Source: Minisyncoccota bacterium (GTDB lineage Bacteria; Patescibacteriota; Minisyncoccia; Phycocordibacterales; SW-6-46-9). Taken from it: a stretch of 64,000 bases of DNA. This document shows, piece after piece, positions 57,785 to 64,000 of this stretch. The stretch is taken from positions 395,526-459,525 of the forward strand of contig JBBDRP010000002.1 in assembly GCA_040905385.1 (NCBI GenBank), in the 5' to 3' direction. The notes beneath the pieces were generated by a model. The model had not been told where the DNA came from. It was given only the letters and a program-made list of their open reading frames with translations, and made no database searches. Within the stretch, counting starts at the first letter, position 1. Every line of letters begins with the position of its first letter. Both the position numbers and the translations under genes were made by a program.

Positions 57785-59596
57785 ATGAGTAACCAAAATA
57801 TCGATAAACAACGTCACTCCCTGGCGCATCTTCTCGCCCGAGCTGTTCTGGAGCATTATCCCGACGCCAAGCTCACGCTGGGTCCAGCCGTTGATACTGG
57901 TTTTTACTACGACATAGACTTCGGTGATACCGACTTCTCCGATGATGACCTCAAAAAGATCCAGAAGACAATGCGTAAACTACTTGGCGGCTGGAACACC
58001 TTCTCTCGTATTGAGGTCTCAGTTGACGAAGCTCGAGATTTTTTTTCCGACAATCCCTACAAGCTTGAACTTATTGATGATATTGAGTCGGCCGACGAAG
58101 CGGTCTCACTTTACTACGCCGGTCCAGAGGATGCTGTACCCACAAAGGATGATCTACTTGCAACTGGTAGTGTGGTTGTCGGTCGCGGATTTGTTGATCT
58201 CTGTCGTGGAGGTCATGTCGATAATCCGGCCGCCGATATTGACGCCAAGTCATTCGAACTAGACTCGGTGGCGGGTGCCTACTGGCGCGGTGATGAGGAT
58301 AACAAGATGCTGACACGGATTTATGGACTCTCCTTCCCTTCTTCAGAAGAGTTACAGGACTTTAAAACCAAGCGTGAAGAGGCAAAGAAGCGCGATCACC
58401 GCAAGCTGGGCAAGGAGCTCGGTCTCTTTACTTTTTCTCCGCTGGTGGGCTCAGGATTGCCGCTATTTACTCCAAAAGGAACGGCAATGCGGGATGCAAT
58501 TGTCGATAAAATTAACGAGATCCAGTCACAGTTTGATTACCAACGCGTGACTATTCCCCATCTAACAAAGCCGGCACTATATGAAAAATCCGGTCACTGG
58601 GAGAAGTTTGGCGAGGAGCTTTTTCATGTAAAGGGGATGGAGTCAGAGTTTGTTATGAAGCCGATGAACTGCCCGCATCACACGCAAATTTACGCTGCCG
58701 AGATGCGTAGCTACCGCGATTTACCGCTGCGTTTTGTTGAGAATACGATGGTCTATCGTGACGAGCAGTCTGGTGAGCTGTCGGGACTGTCTCGCGTTCG
58801 CTCTATCACCCAGGATGACGGTCACGTCTTCTGTACACCCGAGCAGATGCATACGGAGATTGATCAGATTGTTACAGTAATTGAGGAGTTCTATACCGCT
58901 CTAGATATGTGGCAGGAAGATCGTTTCTGGGTATCGCTGTCGGTGCGTGATCCGGAAACTCCGGAAAAGTATCTTGGAGACGATGAGCGCTGGAATGAGG
59001 CAGAAGCGTCTCTAAAGGAAATCGCAGAAAAGCGCAATTTTGATATTAAGGTTGTCGAGGGTGAAGCGGCTTTTTACGGGCCAAAAATTGATTTCATGTT
59101 TTATGATGCCCTGGATCGCGAGCGTCAGCTGGCAACCGTCCAGCTTGATTTTGTAATGCCGGAACGATTTGAGCTTGAGTACACTGATGAAGACGGCGAG
59201 CGTAAAACCCCCGTCATGATTCATCGTGCTATTGCTGGATCCCTAGAGCGCTTTATGTCGGTCATCATCGAGCACTTTGCTGGCAGCTTTCCGTTCTGGC
59301 TATCACCGGTCCAGATCGCCCTCCTCCCTATCGCTGATGAGCATGAAGCGTACGCTCAGAAATCCCGAAAGGTACTAAAGGATGCCGGGTATCGAGTAGA
59401 GATTGTCGGCGGCAGTGACTCACTTGGTAAGCGTATTCGTGGACTCCACGAACAGAAAGTCTTTAGCTTTGCCGTTATTGGTGATGATGAGGTAGAGAAT
59501 GAAGAGCTTAATATCGAAGCCCGGGTTGATGATGAAGAGATCACTGCTCCGCTGGATACTATCACCAAAAAACTTATCGAGTGGAAGCAGAACTAA
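57785..59596 (+). CDS. thrS: threonine--tRNA ligase (no TGS domain)
   Basis: RHSLAHLL, DLCRGGH, RDHRKLG, KPMNCPHH, FYGPKID. Confidence 0.97.
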   Translation: MSNQNIDKQRHSLAHLLARAVLEHYPDAKLTLGPAVDTGFYYDIDFGDTDFSDDDLKKIQKTMRKLLGGWNTFSRIEVSVDEARDFFSDNPYKLELIDDIESADEAVSLYYAGPEDAVPTKDDLLATGSVVVGRGFVDLCRGGHVDNPAADIDAKSFELDSVAGAYWRGDEDNKMLTRIYGLSFPSSEELQDFKTKREEAKKRDHRKLGKELGLFTFSPLVGSGLPLFTPKGTAMRDAIVDKINEIQSQFDYQRVTIPHLTKPALYEKSGHWEKFGEELFHVKGMESEFVMKPMNCPHHTQIYAAEMRSYRDLPLRFVENTMVYRDEQSGELSGLSRVRSITQDDGHVFCTPEQMHTEIDQIVTVIEEFYTALDMWQEDRFWVSLSVRDPETPEKYLGDDERWNEAEASLKEIAEKRNFDIKVVEGEAAFYGPKIDFMFYDALDRERQLATVQLDFVMPERFELEYTDEDGERKTPVMIHRAIAGSLERFMSVIIEHFAGSFPFWLSPVQIALLPIADEHEAYAQKSRKVLKDAGYRVEIVGGSDSLGKRIRGLHEQKVFSFAVIGDDEVENEELNIEARVDDEEITAPLDTITKKLIEWKQN

Positions 59597-59940
59597 ATCA
59601 GCCGAATTGCAACCAAAATTCCAATACCACCAAGTAGCGTAACTGCCAACCAGAAAAATACCGTGTTCCATTTGCGCAAATGTCGTCGGGTTCCGTGCTG
59701 CAGTCCACGCCAGGAGAGCAGCAGGCTAACCAACGGCAGCACAAGCCAGAGAATTATCTGCACTGGATAGCTGGCGGAGATTATAAACTCGAGAAAGCTT
59801 GTTACTGCAGCTAAACTTGTAAACTGCAGAACGATAATACCGATCGCTGTAAGAAATAACGGAGTAATTGCTAGTCCGCCGAGATACGTCAGTCGCCGGT
59901 GCTCCCTGGTAAATATAAATTTATCATCCTTTACGTTCAT
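59593..59940 (-). CDS. ~3-TM membrane protein
   Basis: hydrophobic ORF. Confidence 0.6.
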   Translation of the reverse strand: MNVKDDKFIFTREHRRLTYLGGLAITPLFLTAIGIIVLQFTSLAAVTSFLEFIISASYPVQIILWLVLPLVSLLLSWRGLQHGTRRHLRKWNTVFFWLAVTLLGGIGILVAIRLI

Positions 59941-59994
59941 AGAATTTGGTGCAACAATATGTTCGTACTACTTATTATATAACAGATTTAACTT

Positions 59995-60246
59995 ATGGCA
60001 CAGTATCGAAATGGAAAAACTATTGCCTGGGCAGCGCTTATAATTTCTATTGCGGCGCTGGTTCTGGCCTGGATGTCATATACACAAGCAGATTCAAGCA
60101 TGCTAGATACATCTTCTGCATCAGATGATAATACTATTCAAATGAGGACTGATTTCCAGGCAACTGAAGAGGAGCTACTTGGTGACGACAGTGATGAAGA
60201 AAATGAACCTGAAACAGGTACATCTTCGGACACAGATCAGGAGTAG
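59995..60246 (+). CDS. single-TM protein with acidic tail
   Basis: TM followed by D/E/S-rich tail. Confidence 0.6.
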   Translation: MAQYRNGKTIAWAALIISIAALVLAWMSYTQADSSMLDTSSASDDNTIQMRTDFQATEEELLGDDSDEENEPETGTSSDTDQE

Positions 60247-60344
60247 TTAATAAGTGTCCCGTAAAAGAGTCTCACTACGCTTAATTCCCGCGGCGGATCC
60301 ACGTGATAAATAAACACCTGCTAAAGGTGTTTTTTTATTTTACG

Positions 60345-60526
60345 TGGTGGACCTGAGGGGACTCGGTCACGAATAAATTTGCTCACGCAAATTTTTCTCG
60401 ACCCCGGCTCGCTATTCTCACCTTTCGCTTGCGCTCAAACTCAAATAAAGCTGCGCCTTTCGAGATCCCCACGTGAGTGCAGAAATGCACTCACTCAGCT
60501 CCAGTCGTCGAAGTAAATTCTCCTTT
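60345..60526 (-). mobile_element. tRNA-linked structured mini-element with duplicated tRNA 3' end
   Basis: 19-bp direct repeat 60347-60365/60527-60545; only the distal copy encodes CCA. Confidence 0.75.
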
Positions 60527-60527
60527 G

Positions 60528-60600
60528 TGGACCTGAGGGGACTCGAACCCCTGATCTCATCGCTGCCAGCGATGCGCTTTACCAGCTAAGCCACAGGCCC
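60528..60600 (-). tRNA. tRNA-Ala(GGC)
   Basis: GGGCCTGTGGCTTAGCTGGTAAAGCGCATCGCTGGCAGCGATGAGATCAGGGGTTCGAGTCCCCTCAGGTCCA; G3:U70. Confidence 0.95.
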
Positions 60601-60703
60601 GTCCAATGCACTCTTCCACCTATTTCTTGTCTCGTTCCTCGACAAACAAAATTTTCTCACAATGTTCGAAACCAGATAAAAAGCAAAGAAGGTTGCTTTT
60701 TAT

Positions 60704-60722
60704 CCAACTGAGCTAACGGCCC
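60704..60722 (-). pseudogene. tRNA 5' fragment truncated in the D-loop
   Basis: GGGCCGTTAGCTCAGTTGG followed directly by a 12-bp hairpin. Confidence 0.6.
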
Positions 60723-60730
60723 ATATGTAT

Positions 60731-61609
60731 TTAGGAAGTTTTTGCGTGCATTTTGCGTGCCAGGCGCAGAGAATCCGAACGCTTAGCAAAGCAATTATCA
60801 CAGCAAAGCAGCTGACGGGACGGCGTGACCGAGTCATCATCTACATACTGCTCGGTAGTATCGCCACAGAAAAAGCACTCGCCCACAATACCACGCTCGC
60901 TCGGATCATCGGCCATATCAATGGTCATTCGCCCGTCGAATACGTACAGAGCACCTTTGTAGTGACCATCGGGATACTTTTCAATGTAGCGATGAATTCC
61001 ACCCTGTAGCTGATGCACATCTGAAAAGCCTTCCTTTTTCAGAAAGGCAGTCGCCTTCTCACACCGAATTCCACCCGTACAGACGGCCACCACTTTTTTG
61101 TCCTTGAGATCCTCAATCTCTTCGTGCGTCTCGTGAATCTCACGGAAGTTTCGCATGCCCGGATGGCGCGTCTTTTCGAACTTACCGCTGATGACCTCGT
61201 AATCATTGCGCATATCCACCACCGTAAAATCCTCATCCTTCTCGAACCACTCATGCAGTGTATCTGGGGTGATGTGGGTGCCCGTATCAACGGTCGGGTT
61301 GATGTTATCGCCAAGATCAGAGGCCACAATCTCCTCCCGAGCCTTTACAGAAAGCTTCGGAAAAGCCGCACCGGTACCGGGACTTCGCTTGAAGTCGATA
61401 TCGGCAAAGCGGTCATCGGCCTTCATCGACGTAATGTACGCCTGGATGTTCTCATCGGTACCTTCTAAGGTGGCGTTAATTCCCTCCTCTGCCACAATAA
61501 CTCGGCCCGTAAGACCATACTTCTTGCACAGCTCCCGCTGCCGTTGTCGCTCGGCCTCCGGATCAGCAATGGTCACATATTTGTAGAACAGAATTACGGT
61601 GTAGTCCAT
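60731..61609 (-). CDS. trhO: rhodanese-like tRNA U34 hydroxylase
   Basis: LFYKYV, GRVIVAEEGINAT, DMRNDYE, CTGGIRCEKA, VFDGR. Confidence 0.9.
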   Translation of the reverse strand: MDYTVILFYKYVTIADPEAERQRQRELCKKYGLTGRVIVAEEGINATLEGTDENIQAYITSMKADDRFADIDFKRSPGTGAAFPKLSVKAREEIVASDLGDNINPTVDTGTHITPDTLHEWFEKDEDFTVVDMRNDYEVISGKFEKTRHPGMRNFREIHETHEEIEDLKDKKVVAVCTGGIRCEKATAFLKKEGFSDVHQLQGGIHRYIEKYPDGHYKGALYVFDGRMTIDMADDPSERGIVGECFFCGDTTEQYVDDDSVTPSRQLLCCDNCFAKRSDSLRLARKMHAKTS

Positions 61610-61656
61610 ACGGAATATTATAAAGTTTCGCGTAGTTTATTCAAGTAAGGAGTATC

Positions 61657-62043
61657 TTAAAATAGTGCAACCGAACTGACAAACAAGGCAATTCCAAGTC
61701 CCATACCAACAATACTGCTGGCAGTAATTACGTCGTCATTATCAATACTATTGATTAGTGTTACAAGTGATCGATGTGGAAGGAAAAGGTACAGCAGTGA
61801 CTCAACCACGGCTCCCCAGGCAATGATACCCACCAGGAACCCATGAAAGCTCTTCCAGTCGTTATGCAGCAGTGTTAAGAGCAATCCGAAGCTGAATACA
61901 ACCGTGCCCATCACAAAGAACGCACCATTCGATTCCTTTAATGACATCAGCATTGCCCTGACCTTCCGGCGGTCTATCAAGATAGCTAGACTAATCACAA
62001 AGTAAAGTACTCCTAAAAACTGAGCTAGATATAGTGTCATCAT
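61657..62043 (-). CDS. ~4-TM membrane protein
   Basis: hydrophobic ORF with HNDW motif. Confidence 0.65.
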   Translation of the reverse strand: MMTLYLAQFLGVLYFVISLAILIDRRKVRAMLMSLKESNGAFFVMGTVVFSFGLLLTLLHNDWKSFHGFLVGIIAWGAVVESLLYLFLPHRSLVTLINSIDNDDVITASSIVGMGLGIALFVSSVALF

Positions 62044-62140
62044 GAAATATATTAGTTATGCATCCAGTATACCGTGTGCAGTTATAACAAAAAAGCATCA
62101 CGTCTAGCGTAATGCTTTGGATCTTCAACCTGTACTATAT

Positions 62141-63043
62141 TTAGAACTCCTCGATAGTACGAGCACTCTGTACCTGACCATCATCATCACCGTCGCCACC
62201 ATCATCACCTTGTACATCAACAGAACAGAGAGTTGAATGGAACTCATCTCCAGAGCTTACAGTTCCAAAGGCCTTCTTTTCGCCAGCAGTGCTGTATGAA
62301 GTCTCGACTTGAGATTCGTTGCCAGAAACAGCCCCTGTCCATTCATAGTTATAGGAGCCATCACCCCCGGTTACTGTCATACTCCAGGTCACCGTTTCAT
62401 CAATTTCTGGTTCGGATGGTGTTGCACTACACTGACCACTTAGTGTGCCGGCGTCAGTAACTTCGTCCTCACAATCGACCGTAAATGTAACGCTGGCTTC
62501 TTCTCCGTTGTTGAATACACTCATTTCATAGGATCCGTTCGGAAGATCTGCGTGCGTTAGAAAGTCTGCATCATCCTCATTTACTCCGACCCTGTAAATA
62601 TCACCATCAAGCGATAGTCCGTATGAATGGACATTCGTTACCGCGAATTCCACAACACCATCACCGTCAACACAACGCTGGTCAAGAATGGAAATCTGAA
62701 TTTCCTCCTCCTCATTATTATTTGATTCATTACTGCCCTCATCAGTATCGGTACTGTCAAAGAACGCAGCTCCAACACCGGCTAGGTTGCTAAACTCATC
62801 TGCTGATTCAAACGAACCGCAGTTATCAGAAAAAATAGCATTAAATGAGTCACAGTTAGCCAGCGTAGATCCCTCCTGTTCGCTCAGCCAGTCACTGAAT
62901 GCTGTGCCGGAATCCTGATCAGAAAAGTAATCTCCGTGTGGAGCAGCTTGGGCAGTTACCGCAAGTACAACAAACAGCATCACCGTAAATATAGCGACAA
63001 TGGCCCGTACGGTTGTAATTGTAGTATCGGTTTTTGTATTCAT
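62141..63043 (-). CDS. secreted acidic surface protein with PKD-like C-terminal domain
   Basis: signal peptide; VTWSMTVTGGDGSYNYEWTG, YSTAGEK. Confidence 0.7.
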   Translation of the reverse strand: MNTKTDTTITTVRAIVAIFTVMLFVVLAVTAQAAPHGDYFSDQDSGTAFSDWLSEQEGSTLANCDSFNAIFSDNCGSFESADEFSNLAGVGAAFFDSTDTDEGSNESNNNEEEEIQISILDQRCVDGDGVVEFAVTNVHSYGLSLDGDIYRVGVNEDDADFLTHADLPNGSYEMSVFNNGEEASVTFTVDCEDEVTDAGTLSGQCSATPSEPEIDETVTWSMTVTGGDGSYNYEWTGAVSGNESQVETSYSTAGEKKAFGTVSSGDEFHSTLCSVDVQGDDGGDGDDDGQVQSARTIEEF

Positions 63044-63206
63044 AATTTATTTCTTAACGTGAGAATATAATACCTTTGTTATTTCTTTTGTCAATAGGTA
63101 ATAGAAATCGTTTAAAACTGTTTAGATTCGGCTTTTCTCTATTCTCTAACACGACAGCCGGCTGTCGTGTTTATATAACGTATTCTGATTTCTCTCCGAG
63201 TATATT

Positions 63207-63371
63207 TGTGGACCCGACAGGACTCGCCTACAAGTAAATTTCCATACGGAAATTTCTCGCAGGCCGCCCCTCGCGGTCGTGCTCGTATACTGCGCACGAC
63301 ATCGCTGCGGCCTTCTCGTCTGACGAAGACAAAGAAATTTGTCTTCTTCGTCTCCACACTCACTTCGTTCG
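63207..63371 (-). mobile_element. tRNA-linked structured mini-element with duplicated tRNA 3' end
   Basis: 20-bp direct repeat 63207-63226/63372-63391; core homologous to the element at 60345. Confidence 0.75.
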
Positions 63372-63373
63372 TG

Positions 63374-63446
63374 TGGACCCGACAGGACTCGAACCTGCCA
63401 CCTCCTCAGTGCAAGTGAGGCGCTCTACCAGATGAGCTACGGGCCC
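63374..63446 (-). tRNA. tRNA-Ala(TGC)
   Basis: GGGCCCGTAGCTCATCTGGTAGAGCGCCTCACTTGCACTGAGGAGGTGGCAGGTTCGAGTCCTGTCGGGTCCA; G3:U70. Confidence 0.95.
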
Positions 63447-63482
63447 GTTATCTTACCCGTGAAATTATATCTGAAACTATAT

Positions 63483-64000
63483 TTAAATCAAATTACCGCT
63501 TCTGTTTCGGATTTTTTTGTGTTTCGTTGACTCCTTATGCCGTTTATGTGTGTGCCGTGTCACCGTAGCCAGTACTTCTGATATCGTACCACCTACCCGG
63601 CCAGCTGCATCAGCCACTAAGGAATGACGGTCAAGCGCCGGGTGCGGATCAACATCCAGCACGTACAGCTCATTATCGGGTGTCTCCAGAATATCCACCC
63701 GAGCTATATCTCGCAGATGTAATGCACTAAAGACTGATTTGGAAAGCGCAATAACATCATCCGGTGTTGGCCCGGATGATAATGGTCGATGTGTGCTGTC
63801 ATCCTGGTCATACGCATTCGCAACATCATGGTTGTGCAGAAGTTCATACGCCGGAAATACGTACGGAGACTGCTCGCGGAATGACTGCATCACAACAGTG
63901 GCGTACAGGTTCCCTTTGTAGCTGTCAGACACAGTAACCGGTGACTCGAGTGACATACATCGATCCAACACCTCCAGAAGCTCACCTTCTGAACGAACCA
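63483..64000 (-). CDS. ATP-grasp (D-Ala-D-Ala ligase-like) C-terminal part; runs off the window
   Basis: ALHLRDIARVDI, YVLDVDPHPAL. Confidence 0.6.
   Translation of the reverse strand, partial: VRSEGELLEVLDRCMSLESPVTVSDSYKGNLYATVVMQSFREQSPYVFPAYELLHNHDVANAYDQDDSTHRPLSSGPTPDDVIALSKSVFSALHLRDIARVDILETPDNELYVLDVDPHPALDRHSLVADAAGRVGGTISEVLATVTRHTHKRHKESTKHKKIRNRSGNLI

Noticed and set aside
60345-60600. Intron-containing tRNA
   Set aside because: The proximal tRNA is already complete; the extra part is a duplicated 3' end.
63139-63530. ORFs 63139-63363, 63206-63418 and 63339-63530
   Set aside because: They overlap tRNA-Ala and its duplicated 3' end; the repeated VWTRQDS peptide is a by-product of the DNA repeat.

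Overview
Gene-dense chromosomal segment, most likely from a Patescibacteria (CPR, Parcubacteria-like) genome with an acidic proteome. The lineage is inferred from streamlined AlaRS/AspRS/ThrS, alpha2-type GlyRS, a short SMC, a NusB-NUDIX fusion and the near absence of Shine-Dalgarno (SD) sites on core genes. The core content is translation, chaperone, cell-wall and replication genes plus two tRNA-Ala genes. A Xer recombinase with a dif-like site at ~45.65 kb coincides with a switch in gene orientation, suggesting the replication terminus. The unusual content lies between core genes. (1) About ten AT-rich orphan genes form stand-alone units with a sigma70 promoter, a terminator and a clear SD; seven promoters share a -10/N6/CAGA signature. 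One encodes an apparent outer-membrane beta-barrel. (2) Several families of short structured elements show compensatory base changes: a 147-bp family, a promoter-linked family, and one sitting behind both tRNA-Ala genes with a duplicated tRNA 3' end. (3) Palindromic and heptamer repeats are inserted in frame into core proteins. No CRISPR array, rRNA or transposase was seen. All calls come from reading motifs by eye; no searches or computations were run.
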